Under the pieces are notes generated by a model, which did not search any database, was not told where the DNA came from, and saw only the letters and a list, made by a program, of their open reading frames with translations. Of a stretch of 46,877 nucleotides of DNA, positions 9,665 through 19,208 are shown in pieces (position 1 is the first letter of the stretch; each line of letters begins with the position of its first letter). The stretch is taken from positions 1 through 46,877 of the forward strand of contig DATJTM010000487.1 of assembly GCA_035503395.1 (NCBI GenBank), read 5' to 3'. The DNA is from Luteitalea sp. Lineage in GTDB: Bacteria; Acidobacteriota; Vicinamibacteria; Vicinamibacterales; Vicinamibacteraceae. The position numbers and the translations under genes are program-made.

Positions 9665-12600
9665 GTGGCTACTCGCAAGGTCCTCGCGGTCGGCGCCGTG
9701 GCGCTGGTCGTCCTACTCGGCGGACGCGCCCTGATCGGGCAGTCAGGTCCCGCCGGTCCCCCGTACGCGCCGGCCCGTTCGATGGCCGAGATCGTGCTCG
9801 AGCCCGGCCTGCGCATCGAGCTGGTCGCCAGCGAACCGGACGTGCAGAGCCCGGTGGCCATGGACATCGACGAAGACGGGCGGATGTTCGTCGTCGAGAT
9901 GCCGGGCTACCCGCTCGACGTCTCGCCGACCGGCCGCGTGAAGCTGCTCGAGGACACCAATGGCGACGGCCGCGTCGACCGCAGCACGGTGTTTGCCGAC
10001 GGCCTGCGGTTGCCGAGCGGAGTGATGCGTCACAAGCGCGGCATCCTGGTGACCAGCCCGCCCGACCTCATCTACTTCGAGGACGTCAACGGTGATGGCA
10101 AAGCCGACGTGCGCGAGGTGGTGCTCACCGGCTTTGCGCGCACCAATCCGCAGCACGCCGTCAATCACCCGGTGTACGGCCTCGACAACTGGATCTATCT
10201 CGCGCATTCCGGCGGATCGCAGCCGGTCATCTACGCCGACCTGTTCGGCGATCAGGGCAAGGACCTCACGTTTCCCGGCCGGCCCGAGATCAAGGGGCTG
10301 GACTCGCGTGGTCGTGGTGTCCGCCTGAAGCCCGACGCCTTCAAGGTCGAGGGGCTGTCGAGTCGCACGCAGTACGGCAACGCGTTCGACGTCTACGGCC
10401 GCTTCTTCGCGCACAACAACTCGATCCATCAGCGGCACGAGGTGCTGGCGGCGCGTTACGCCGAGCGCAACCCGCACCTGCTGCTGCCGTCGGCGATGGC
10501 CGAGATCTCGGACCACGGCAACAACAACATCCTGCCGATCACGCATGGCGCCCGCTTCGACCTGCTCACCGAGCCCGGGCAGTTCACCTCCGCCTGCGGC
10601 CTCACGGTCTACAGCGGTGGCGCGCTGCCGCCGGAGTTCGAGGGGACGACGCTGGTGGCCGAACCGGTGCACAACCTCGTGCACCGCGACGTGCTCACAC
10701 CGAAGGGGTCGACGTTCGTGGCGAGCCGGGCCCGCGCCGATCGGGAGTTTCTCGCGTCGAAGGACGCCTGGTTCCGGCCGGTGAACTTCTACATCGGGCC
10801 CGATGGCGCGCTGTACGTGATCGACTACTACCGGCCGTACATCGAGCATCCGGAATGGGCGTCGAGCGACCTGCAGAAGTCGCCGGCGGTGCTGTCGACC
10901 GGCAAGGACCGCGGCCGCATCTATCGCATCACGGCCGCCACCCCGCGTCCCGGCGCCACACCTGCGCGCCGGCCGGCATTGGGAGCGGCCAGCGACGCCG
11001 ACCTCGTCGCGGCACTTGCGAGCCCCAACGTGTGGTGGCGCCGTACGGCACAGCGCCTGCTCGTCTCCGGCAACCGGCACGATGCGGCACCGGCGATCGA
11101 GGCACTCGCCCGGACGCGGCCGACCGCGCTCGGGCGGCTGCACGCCCTGTGGACGCTCGAGGGACTCGACCGCCTCCCGGCCTCGCTCGTGACGCAGGCC
11201 TTCACCGACCCCGACGCCGGCGTGCGCGAGAACGCGATCATCCTGGCCGAACGGCATCTCGGCGACGCGCCGACTGTGGATGCGCTGCTGCGTCTGACCG
11301 ACGACCCGGATGCCCGCGTGCGATTCCAGTTGCTGGCGACGCTCGGCTTCATCGATTCGACGGCGTCGCGGACCGCGCAGGATCGTCTGCTGCTGCGCGA
11401 CATCGAGGACGAGTGGGTCCAGATCGCGGCGCTGAGCGCCTCGTCCGATCGCGCCCTGGCGTGGTTCGAGCGGGCTCTCGATCCGGCAGCCGGCCTGATC
11501 ACGCAAGAGTCACCCGGGCGTGCCCGCTTCCTCGATCGACTGGGCGGCGTCGTGGCTGCCCGACAGCGCAGTGCCGAACTGGCGCGTGCGGTGTCGGTCG
11601 TGACCGACCCGAGCGCACCGGCCGGCGACTGGTGGCGTGCGGCGCTGCTCGAGGGGCTGGCGCGTGGTACCACGGGCGTCGCGGGCCGGAAGGCGCTGGC
11701 AGCAAGTCAGCCGACCCTGCTCACGCTGGCCACTGGCGATCAGGCGCGATTGCGTCGCGCCGCCGTGGCGCTGCTGGTGGTGAGCGATGTGACGCCGGGC
11801 GAGGCCGCCAGCCTGGCCGGGACACGGGCCGCGGCGATTGCCATCGACGGCACCGCGACGGTGGCGGCGCGGGTCGACGCGCTCACGCTGCTCGCGCTCG
11901 TCGACGCGCCGGCCCATCGGCCGACCTTCGAGCGGGTGATCGGTGGCACCGAGCCCGAGGCGGTGCAGGTGGCCGCGGTCAACGCGCTCGGGCGCGTGAC
12001 GAGCCACGACGTGCCGACGTTCCTGCTGACGAAGTGGCCGACGCTGCCATCGCAGGTGCGCAGCGCCGCGGCCACCACGGTGCTGGCCCGCCGCGAAGGC
12101 GCCGTCGCCATGCTCGCGGCGCTCAAGGCGGGCAGCGTCAAGGTGTGGATGCTGAACTTCGGGCAGAAGCGCAGCCTCATCATGCATCGCGACGAGGCGA
12201 TTCGGGCCGACGCCCGCACCGTGCTCGAGGAGTCGCCGGCGGCGCGAGCCCAGCGGGTCGCACGCTATGGCGCCGCACTGGGCGGCCGCGGCGATGCGAA
12301 ACGGGGCGCTGACGTGTTCACGCGCAACTGCGCCATGTGCCACCAGATCGACGGCGCCAACGGCGTCGAGGTCGGTCCGGACCTCTCGACGGTGCGCCAT
12401 CAGCCGATGCCGGTGCTGCTCGCCAACATCCTCGAGCCCAGCCGCTCGATTGCGCAGCACTACGAGACCTACCAGGTCGAACGTACGTCGGGCGAGGGGC
12501 TGGTCGGCGTGATCGGCGAGCAGTCGCCAACGTCGATCACGTTCAGGCAGGGCCCCGGGCACACCGCGACGCTGAAGCGCAGCGACATTCGCCAGATGAC

Positions 12601-12712
12601 GGTGGTGCCGCAGTCGCTGATGCCGGAGTCGTTCGACCAGCAGATCACGCCGGCCGACATGGCCCATCTGCTCGCCTACCTCACCGCAGCGCCACGGAGC
12701 GCCGCCCGATGA
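9665..12712 (+). CDS. PVC-type membrane-bound dehydrogenase-like protein (beta-propeller, HEAT-like repeats, C-terminal c-type heme CxxCH)
   Basis: Signal peptide; ELVASEPDVQSPVAMDIDEDGRMFVVEM, FTSACG, DAWFRPVN..GPDGALYVID, RGRIYRI; CAMCH plus VGPDLS and SLMPE. Confidence 0.88.
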   Translation: MATRKVLAVGAVALVVLLGGRALIGQSGPAGPPYAPARSMAEIVLEPGLRIELVASEPDVQSPVAMDIDEDGRMFVVEMPGYPLDVSPTGRVKLLEDTNGDGRVDRSTVFADGLRLPSGVMRHKRGILVTSPPDLIYFEDVNGDGKADVREVVLTGFARTNPQHAVNHPVYGLDNWIYLAHSGGSQPVIYADLFGDQGKDLTFPGRPEIKGLDSRGRGVRLKPDAFKVEGLSSRTQYGNAFDVYGRFFAHNNSIHQRHEVLAARYAERNPHLLLPSAMAEISDHGNNNILPITHGARFDLLTEPGQFTSACGLTVYSGGALPPEFEGTTLVAEPVHNLVHRDVLTPKGSTFVASRARADREFLASKDAWFRPVNFYIGPDGALYVIDYYRPYIEHPEWASSDLQKSPAVLSTGKDRGRIYRITAATPRPGATPARRPALGAASDADLVAALASPNVWWRRTAQRLLVSGNRHDAAPAIEALARTRPTALGRLHALWTLEGLDRLPASLVTQAFTDPDAGVRENAIILAERHLGDAPTVDALLRLTDDPDARVRFQLLATLGFIDSTASRTAQDRLLLRDIEDEWVQIAALSASSDRALAWFERALDPAAGLITQESPGRARFLDRLGGVVAARQRSAELARAVSVVTDPSAPAGDWWRAALLEGLARGTTGVAGRKALAASQPTLLTLATGDQARLRRAAVALLVVSDVTPGEAASLAGTRAAAIAIDGTATVAARVDALTLLALVDAPAHRPTFERVIGGTEPEAVQVAAVNALGRVTSHDVPTFLLTKWPTLPSQVRSAAATTVLARREGAVAMLAALKAGSVKVWMLNFGQKRSLIMHRDEAIRADARTVLEESPAARAQRVARYGAALGGRGDAKRGADVFTRNCAMCHQIDGANGVEVGPDLSTVRHQPMPVLLANILEPSRSIAQHYETYQVERTSGEGLVGVIGEQSPTSITFRQGPGHTATLKRSDIRQMTVVPQSLMPESFDQQITPADMAHLLAYLTAAPRSAAR

Positions 12713-12720
12713 CGTATCCG

Positions 12721-12745
12721 GCCCGCTCGGCGAGCGGGCCCTACC
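12721..12745 (-). repeat. GTAG-type REP-like hairpin
   Basis: GCCCGCTCG-G-CGAGCGGGC followed by CCTACC (GGTAGG on the minus strand), 8 nt after the upstream stop codon. Confidence 0.75.
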
Positions 12746-12833
12746 GAGTTGCGGGAACGACGTGCCCGCCGAGGCGTCCGATCTCGGATCGCTCGACGAT
12801 CGGGCCCTGCTTGCCACTGAGGATTGACGCTCG

Positions 12834-13787
12834 ATGATGTGCATGTGTGTCTTGATGACGGCCTTTCTCTGCGCGGATGGCGCCTGGCCGGGCGTACCGA
12901 CGATGACCGATCTCGGTGGGGACGCCTCGCCGAGGCGTCCGCTCTCGGCCCGCTCGGCGAGCGGGCTCGACCGAATGGCCGTCGACATTCCCGCATTCAC
13001 GCATTCCCGCCTTGCCAGTGCACAAGCCGCCCCCTCACCGCGCGAGACCGCGGCGATGCTGCTCGACGACACGCGCGACCAGAAGGTGCGGGAGGAACTG
13101 GCGCGCCTGGCCGCGCCGCACGCGGCCGACGTCGTGCGTGCGCTGGTCGACGGCATGCCCGACGAGGAGAAGGAGGAGTACCGGCGGATCCCGTGGATCT
13201 GGCGCGTGGCCGTCACCGCTGGACGCGCGAAGGACGAGCGTGCCCTGCAGGCCCTGCTCGATGCGTCGATGCCCAACGCCGGTGAACCGCTGCGCGACTG
13301 GCAGGCCGTGGTGCTCGGTGGCGGCGTCGTGATGGGGCTGTCGCAGGCTGGCGCCTGGCCTGGCGACGTGATGACGCCCTGGCTTGCCGCCGATGCCGCT
13401 CGCGCGACGCGCTGGCGGGCCGCGCTCGATCGGGCGCTGTTGATGTCGGACGAGCCGACCGTGCGCAACGGCACGCGGTACGACGCACTGCGGATGATCG
13501 CGGTGCTGCCGTGGGACGCCGCCGGGGCGACGCTCACCCGCTATCTCGCCCGCGACGTCGATGCCGAACTGCAGATGGGCGCGATCGGTGGCCTGTCGGA
13601 TCTGCAGGACGAGCGCGCCACGAGGGCGCTCGTGCGCCATTTCCCCATGTATCACGAGGCCAACCGGCGGCACGCCATCAACGCGCTCCTTCGCACCGAT
13701 GCGCGTCGTGCGCAGTTGCGCGACGCCATCACGCGCGGCGTCGTGAAGGACGAATGGCTGACGCCGGAGCAGCGTCAGCGCTTGTAG
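12834..13787 (+). CDS. Hypothetical secreted alpha-helical (HEAT-like) protein
   Basis: 317-aa ORF; the body (EEKEEYRRIPWIWRVAV..GTRYDALRMIA..ELQMGAI) looks coding and helical. The start is uncertain and the N-terminal part contains repeat-derived sequence. Confidence 0.7.
   Translation: MMCMCVLMTAFLCADGAWPGVPTMTDLGGDASPRRPLSARSASGLDRMAVDIPAFTHSRLASAQAAPSPRETAAMLLDDTRDQKVREELARLAAPHAADVVRALVDGMPDEEKEEYRRIPWIWRVAVTAGRAKDERALQALLDASMPNAGEPLRDWQAVVLGGGVVMGLSQAGAWPGDVMTPWLAADAARATRWRAALDRALLMSDEPTVRNGTRYDALRMIAVLPWDAAGATLTRYLARDVDAELQMGAIGGLSDLQDERATRALVRHFPMYHEANRRHAINALLRTDARRAQLRDAITRGVVKDEWLTPEQRQRL
12915..12972 (+). repeat. REP doublet lying inside the 12834 ORF
   Basis: Hairpins GGACGCCTCG-C-CGAGGCGTCC (12920-12940) and GCCCGCTCG-G-CGAGCGGGC (12948-12966); the second is identical to the 12721-12739 hairpin. 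Confidence 0.75.
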
Positions 13788-13867
13788 GTGTCGGTTCGGA
13801 TCGGCTCGACCGTCATCAGTGAACGTCGAGCTTCAGAACTCGACGCCGACGTCGGTGAGCCGAAGCC

Positions 13868-16006
13868 TCAGGCGCGGGCGATGGCCGTCAGTTCGTCCGA
13901 CACGGCACGCAGCAGTTGATCGGGCGTGAACGGCTTGGGCAGCAGCCCGCTGCCGTGGCTCTGCGCGGGCAGCGCCTGCTCGGAATAGCCGGACATGAAC
14001 AGGAACGGCGGCGCGAGGCACTCGGCACGGGCCGCCGCGAACAGCTCCTGGCCGGTCATCCGCGGCATCACCAGGTCCGACAGCACCAGGTCGAACGCAC
14101 CCCGACGCGATCGCAGGCACTCGAGCGCCTCGGCGCCGTCACGCGCGTCGGTCACGTCGTAGCCGGCCGTGCGCAACACGCCGATCACCAGGGCGCGGAC
14201 GTGGTCCTGATCCTCGGCGACGAGCACCGATGGCGATCCAGCAACGCGCGACGCGACAGCAGGCACGGGATGCGTGGCGGGGGCAGGCGTCGGCGGCGCG
14301 AACGCGACCACCTTGGCGGGAGCCGCGTACGGCTGCAGCAGCGGCAGCGTGATGTCGAAGCGCGACCCCTTGCCAGGCTCACTCGACACGTCGATCGTGC
14401 CGCCTGACTGCGTGACCACGCCATGGACGGTCGACAGGCCGAGCCCGGTGCCGTAGCCAACCGGCTTGGTGGTGAAGAACGGCTCGAACATTCGAGCCTG
14501 GACGTCGCGTGGAATGCCGACCCCCTGGTCCGAAACCGACAGGCGCACCTGCCGTGGCCGTCCTCCCGCCGCGTCGACGTTGCTGGTCGCCATCCGGATC
14601 GTGCCGCCGGCCGGCATCGCATCGCAGGCGTTCACCACCAGGTTGATCACCACGCGCGACAACTGGCCCTCGTCGATCAGGATGCGGTCCTCGTCGGCCG
14701 CCAGCGCCAGTTCGATGTGCACGTCCTCCCGGAGCAGGCGCCCGAGCATCGGCTGCAGCCCTTCGAGCTGATGGTGCAGCCGGAGTGCCTGCGGCTCGAC
14801 GAGCTGGTGACGGCTGAACATCATCAGCTGGCGCACGAGATCGCTGGCCCGCTCGCCCGCCCGTCGTATCTCGCGCAGCGATTCGGACAGGCGCGACGAA
14901 CCGCGCACCTCCTCGGCGGCGAGTGCGGCGTACCCGATGATGATCGTCGCGAGATTGTTGAAATCGTGGGCGATGCCGCCGGCCAGTTGCCCGAGCAATT
15001 CGAGCCGGTGCGACGCGTGCAGCTTCTCTTCGAGCGCGAACTTCTCGACGAGCGCCCGCTTGGCCTGCTGGTCGGCCCGGTAGAGCGCCGCCGACAGCGC
15101 CAGTGTCGCCACCAGGGCCACGGTCACGACGAGCAGGCCGTACCCGAAGTAGCGGGTCTGGCTGCGGGCCCGCAGCAGTTCGTAGACCGCGAGCACCTCC
15201 GACGCCGCGTAGACCGAGTGCGGCAGCACGATCGGCCGAATCGAGCCATCGCTGGCCATGCCATCGATCGCCGCGCGCAGGCGCTCGGCGGTGGCCGCAT
15301 AGGCCGGCACCGATCCGACCGCCAGTTTCAGCTTCGAGCCCGGCACGATATGCGAACGCAGCCGGGCGCCGCGACAGTCGGCGTACGACGTGGCGGCTTC
15401 GCCGAGGTCGCTGGCCGCCAGCAGGGCGACGGTCAGCTCGCCACTACAGATCGCGTGCGCGAGGTGCGTGCCGTCGGCGTAGTAGACCTGAGTCGCCTGC
15501 GGGAAGTACTGCCTGACCAGATGCTGAGCGACCGGCAGGGGCGCCAGGCCGACGCGTCCCGTGAAGCCGTGATCGGGCAGGCCGCCGCCATCGCGCGCGA
15601 CGATCCAGAGCTCGGTCTGCAGCCAGGGGTCGGTGAAGTGGAACTCGGGCTGCCGGTGCGGCAGCACCGCGAACAGTGGCCAGAGGTCGACCACGCCGCT
15701 GCGCAGGGCGGTGTCGGCATTGGCCGGTGCCTCGATGCGCACCCACTCGACGGTGACGCCGGCGCGACGCGCCGCCTCGTTCAGGACGTCGACGGCGGCG
15801 CCCGACGGTTGCCCATCGTCGCGGCGGAACATGTACGGCGGGTCGTGCACGTAGCCGGCGCGGATGTGCGTGTGGATCGGCGCGCGGCCGAGGAACATCC
15901 AGCCGAGGCCGCCCAGGCAGAGCACGACCCAGGCGCCGATGGCAAGGTGCCAGGCGCGAATCGAGATGGCGGAAGACCGCCGGCGCTCGGGAGTACTGTC
16001 GGACAC
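13868..16006 (-). CDS. Hybrid histidine kinase with extracytoplasmic solute-binding (PBP family 3-like) sensor and C-terminal receiver
   Basis: TM-PBP (DPPYMF..PSGAAVDVL..FTDPWL)-TM, H-box AHDFNNL, NLVVNACDAM, FEPFFTTK, receiver (VAEDQD..DLVMP..PKPF). Confidence 0.9.
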   Translation of the reverse strand: MSDSTPERRRSSAISIRAWHLAIGAWVVLCLGGLGWMFLGRAPIHTHIRAGYVHDPPYMFRRDDGQPSGAAVDVLNEAARRAGVTVEWVRIEAPANADTALRSGVVDLWPLFAVLPHRQPEFHFTDPWLQTELWIVARDGGGLPDHGFTGRVGLAPLPVAQHLVRQYFPQATQVYYADGTHLAHAICSGELTVALLAASDLGEAATSYADCRGARLRSHIVPGSKLKLAVGSVPAYAATAERLRAAIDGMASDGSIRPIVLPHSVYAASEVLAVYELLRARSQTRYFGYGLLVVTVALVATLALSAALYRADQQAKRALVEKFALEEKLHASHRLELLGQLAGGIAHDFNNLATIIIGYAALAAEEVRGSSRLSESLREIRRAGERASDLVRQLMMFSRHQLVEPQALRLHHQLEGLQPMLGRLLREDVHIELALAADEDRILIDEGQLSRVVINLVVNACDAMPAGGTIRMATSNVDAAGGRPRQVRLSVSDQGVGIPRDVQARMFEPFFTTKPVGYGTGLGLSTVHGVVTQSGGTIDVSSEPGKGSRFDITLPLLQPYAAPAKVVAFAPPTPAPATHPVPAVASRVAGSPSVLVAEDQDHVRALVIGVLRTAGYDVTDARDGAEALECLRSRRGAFDLVLSDLVMPRMTGQELFAAARAECLAPPFLFMSGYSEQALPAQSHGSGLLPKPFTPDQLLRAVSDELTAIARA

Positions 16007-16272
16007 GAAGGGCTGCCGCGATCACAATCGGCATGCGCCTCGCCCCGGCACAGTGGCCGACGCCATCGTCAAACCCTCCCTGTCTTCGGTGAGGACGCGG
16101 GGGGCGTTCAGCGAGCTGCCGCCCCCGGAGCGCGCCGCATCGACTTCATGCGGCACACAGGTCATCGGGAGTCTGCGCGGCGGCCGGGGTGACCAGTGTC
16201 TGCAGCGTACCGAGACCGGCGACGACGGGTCGCCATGGGCACGACAGACGGCGCGAACGATGCGCGCGACGC

Positions 16273-17061
16273 TCAGCGAACGTCCACCAGGCGCGGCGGC
16301 TGGCCGTTCGATGTGCGGGCGTCGGCGGTGGCGGCAACGGCCGGAGCGGTCGCACGCGCACGGGTGCCGACGGGCACCGCGGCGAGCACGTCGACCCCGA
16401 TCGCGTGCGCCAGGTCGGCCTCGAGAGCCAGGACGTCGCCGCCCTCGCGATCGTAGGTGCGCGCCCAGACGTGCGTGTCCGTGCCGGCATCGATCAACTG
16501 CACCGTTGCCCGCATCCGGCGCTCCTGGCGGACGATCGAGCCTTCCACCACGTAGGCGACGTCGAGCGCCGCCGCGATCGCGGGCAGCGCCTCGGGGGTG
16601 TCCTTGTAGTGCATCGCCGAGGTCCGCGAGACCACCGGCAGGCGGCCGTGGCGGGCCAGGGCGGCGGTGAGGCCCTCGGTCAGTGCATCGGCGAAGCGGT
16701 CGCGGGCGGTCGAGGCCGAAAAGTCCTGGAACGGCAGCACGACCAGCGCGCCGCGACGACGGGCCCCGGCCTGCGCGGCGGTGACGTGCGGTTGGTTGGC
16801 GGCGGCAGCCGCCGACGGCTTCGGCTCAGCGGCGCGGGCGCGGCCGGCATAGCCCTGCACGACGAACACCCCGAGGAGCACGGTCGCGGCGGCGCCAATC
16901 AGCTGCGCCACGATGCGGCCGGCAAAGGAAATCCAGGCCGAGCGGACCTTGTCCTTCGGCTTGCGGGCGGGGGCGGTGGACGCCGCGGCGGCGTGGACCG
17001 AGTCCGTCGCCGCAGCGTCGTGGGGATGCAGGGAGGGAGACGACGAGGTCAGGTCCGACAT
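16273..17061 (-). CDS. Membrane-anchored stand-alone TolB-N/FlgO-like domain protein
   Basis: TM segment, then LVVLPFQDFS..FADALTEGL..VVSRTSAMHYK..YVVEGSI..VQLIDA..HVWARTYDR, the domain normally fused to kinases or adenylate cyclases. ATG 17061. Confidence 0.8.
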   Translation of the reverse strand: MSDLTSSSPSLHPHDAAATDSVHAAAASTAPARKPKDKVRSAWISFAGRIVAQLIGAAATVLLGVFVVQGYAGRARAAEPKPSAAAAANQPHVTAAQAGARRRGALVVLPFQDFSASTARDRFADALTEGLTAALARHGRLPVVSRTSAMHYKDTPEALPAIAAALDVAYVVEGSIVRQERRMRATVQLIDAGTDTHVWARTYDREGGDVLALEADLAHAIGVDVLAAVPVGTRARATAPAVAATADARTSNGQPPRLVDVR

Positions 17062-17128
17062 GACGGCGGGTGAGGTCGCACTGCAGCCCCGCGACATGCG
17101 GGAGGCGGGTGGCGGCGCTCTGGAGGCC

Positions 17129-17203
17129 TTAGACGACTCGGTCGTGGCGATTCCGTGGCGACGAGGGGAGGATTCGGTGACCATCTGCCACACTTCCGCA
17201 ACA
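17129..17203. promoter_or_regulatory. Two oppositely oriented 11-bp-spaced tandem boxes in a divergent promoter region
   Basis: Minus strand: GCCACG-gaatc-GCCACG-accgagt-CGTCTAA (17159-17129). Plus strand: GCCACA-cttcc-GCAACA (17187-17203). Confidence 0.55.
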
Positions 17204-17269
17204 TTCCGGGGACGGCCGAAGGAAACGCCAGGCCCTCCGGCGCCGTAGGGTGGCTCGGAGGCTCACGAC

Positions 17270-18544
17270 GTGAACGACCGGCACGACCAAGGACACCAGA
17301 CAGATCGACGGGACTTCTTCAAGGCGGCCACGGCTGGCCTGACGACGGCAGCAGTGCTGCTGTCGCCACGCGATGCCGTCAAGGCGCAGGAGGCCGCGCA
17401 GAAGGCCGCACTCGAGCGTATCGCGAGCAACTGCTGGCCGGTCCGCCCCCTCTTCAAGTCGCGCCCGATGCCGCCCCGCCCGGCGGGTGCCGGCGGCCCC
17501 GGTGGCGGTCAGGGCCGTGGCCAGGGGCCCGGGATTCCGGCTGACGTCGAGTCCAACCCGAACGCCAAGAAGGCGCTCGAGGTGGCTCGTGCCGCGCAGG
17601 CCGCCCGCGCCAACCTGCCCGATACCGCAGGCATGAAGAAGAAGTACGGCGAGATCACGATGCTGGACTTCCCCGCGTTCACGAAGGAGCACTTCCCGGG
17701 CGTCACCCGCATGGATTTGTTCTCGGGGTTCTTCGGCGACGTGACCGACGACGCGCAGTTCTTCCCGGCCGGGGAGAACGGGCGCCCCGGTGGCTTTGAC
17801 CCGATGGCCCCGGCGTCGCGCAAGTGGCTCGACACGCTGGCCAACACCTGCGCCAAGCAGGGCACCACGGTGCAGCACATCTCCAACAATGCCCCTGGCA
17901 ACCTCGCTGACTACGGCTCGCCGGAAGCCGATGCGCGCCGGCAGGCCGGTGTCGACCTTGCCAAGCGCTGGCTCGAGGGCTGTCGCGTGCTCGGCGTGAA
18001 GTCGATGCGCATGAACTCGACCTCGGCGCTCGGACCGGGCATCCGCCCCAACGCCGTGCCGCGTGGCCCGGGCGACGGCTACCCGCGCAACATCGACCTG
18101 ATTCCGCTGCTCGAGGCGGCCATCAAGTCGTATCGCGAGATGGCCGACTTCGGCGGCAAGATGGGCATCAGGGTCACCATCGAGAACCACTGGGGCCTGG
18201 CGGCCGACCCGATGAACATCCGCACGATCATCGACGAGATCAACCACCCGTATTGCGAGGCGTCGCCGGACTTCGGCAACTGGGAGCACGAGTACAACCT
18301 CGTGAACGGCCTGAAGGCGCTGGCGCCGTACGCGCACACCAACGTCCACGCCAAGTACTGGGATCGCTGGGGTGATCGCAACAACGTGCAGCGCTCGGTG
18401 CGCATCATGCTCGCCTCGGGCTACCGCGGCACGTTCGCGCTCGAGTACGAGCAGGGTCCGCACGACGGCCTCGAAGGCGCGAAGTACCTGTACAAGGAAG
18501 TCCTCGCCGCACTGACCGAGCCGATTCCGGCTGTGGGAGAGTAA
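17270..18544 (+). CDS. Tat-exported sugar phosphate isomerase/epimerase (xylose isomerase-like TIM barrel)
   Basis: Twin-arginine signal TDRRDFFKAA; IENHWG, PDFGN, HAK, LEYE motifs; GGAGG upstream of the GTG. Confidence 0.87.
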   Translation: MNDRHDQGHQTDRRDFFKAATAGLTTAAVLLSPRDAVKAQEAAQKAALERIASNCWPVRPLFKSRPMPPRPAGAGGPGGGQGRGQGPGIPADVESNPNAKKALEVARAAQAARANLPDTAGMKKKYGEITMLDFPAFTKEHFPGVTRMDLFSGFFGDVTDDAQFFPAGENGRPGGFDPMAPASRKWLDTLANTCAKQGTTVQHISNNAPGNLADYGSPEADARRQAGVDLAKRWLEGCRVLGVKSMRMNSTSALGPGIRPNAVPRGPGDGYPRNIDLIPLLEAAIKSYREMADFGGKMGIRVTIENHWGLAADPMNIRTIIDEINHPYCEASPDFGNWEHEYNLVNGLKALAPYAHTNVHAKYWDRWGDRNNVQRSVRIMLASGYRGTFALEYEQGPHDGLEGAKYLYKEVLAALTEPIPAVGE

Positions 18545-18556
18545 CGGACATTGAAG

Positions 18557-18621
18557 CCGCGACGCCTCGCCCGAGGCGTCGCGGTCGTCCTCGACGGACG
18601 TCTCGGCGAGCCGTCCCTACC
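18557..18621. repeat. REP doublet between convergent genes
   Basis: Hairpin CCGCGACGCCTCG-CC-CGAGGCGTCGCGG (18557-18584) and GGACGTCTCGGCGAGCCGTCCCTACC (18596-18621). Confidence 0.75.
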
Positions 18622-18632
18622 GAGCGCACCAC

Positions 18633-19208
18633 TCAAGACGCCAACGCCAGCCGCAGCAATTGCCGGTGACCGCGGCCGGCAGCCTCGCCTCCCATCGCTT
18701 CATCGAGATCCGCCGACGCGTCCTGCAGGATGTCGGCGAGTTCGGCCCAGGTGACGCCCCCCACCGTCACGCGCGCCACGTCCGGTCCGCCCAGTCGCAC
18801 GCGCGCGAACAGTTGATGCGGGACGCCGTCTTCCGGCGCCGACAGGAACACCACGGCGCACGCCTCTGCCGCGGTCACCGCCCGCACCCGGCGCACGGCG
18901 AGCCGGGCTTCCCGCACCTGCAGCCTGGGCTCCCCACGCCACACCCACGGCACCAGGCCCCATGTCATCGCGCTGGTCGACAGGATCAGCATCGGCACGG
19001 CGCCGCGCAGTCGCCGTACGCGCACCATCTCGTCGTCGCGCGGGATGGGCGGCACGAGCGCCAGCGCGAACGCGCGGGCGGCCAGCCGACGCTGCCAGTA
19101 GCCGACGGGCAGCAGCGCGAGCACGTGCGCCGCCACTTCGGCCACCATGCCGGCACGGATGTCGCGCGGCTCCTTCGGGCGCAGCACGTCGCCGCCTCCG
19201 GCGGTCAT
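18633..19208 (-). CDS. Hypothetical protein (191 aa)
   Basis: ATG overlaps the upstream stop (ATGA) with GGGAGG upstream. The C-terminal VTWAELADIL only weakly recalls PD-(D/E)XK-fold tails. Confidence 0.55.
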   Translation of the reverse strand: MTAGGGDVLRPKEPRDIRAGMVAEVAAHVLALLPVGYWQRRLAARAFALALVPPIPRDDEMVRVRRLRGAVPMLILSTSAMTWGLVPWVWRGEPRLQVREARLAVRRVRAVTAAEACAVVFLSAPEDGVPHQLFARVRLGGPDVARVTVGGVTWAELADILQDASADLDEAMGGEAAGRGHRQLLRLALAS

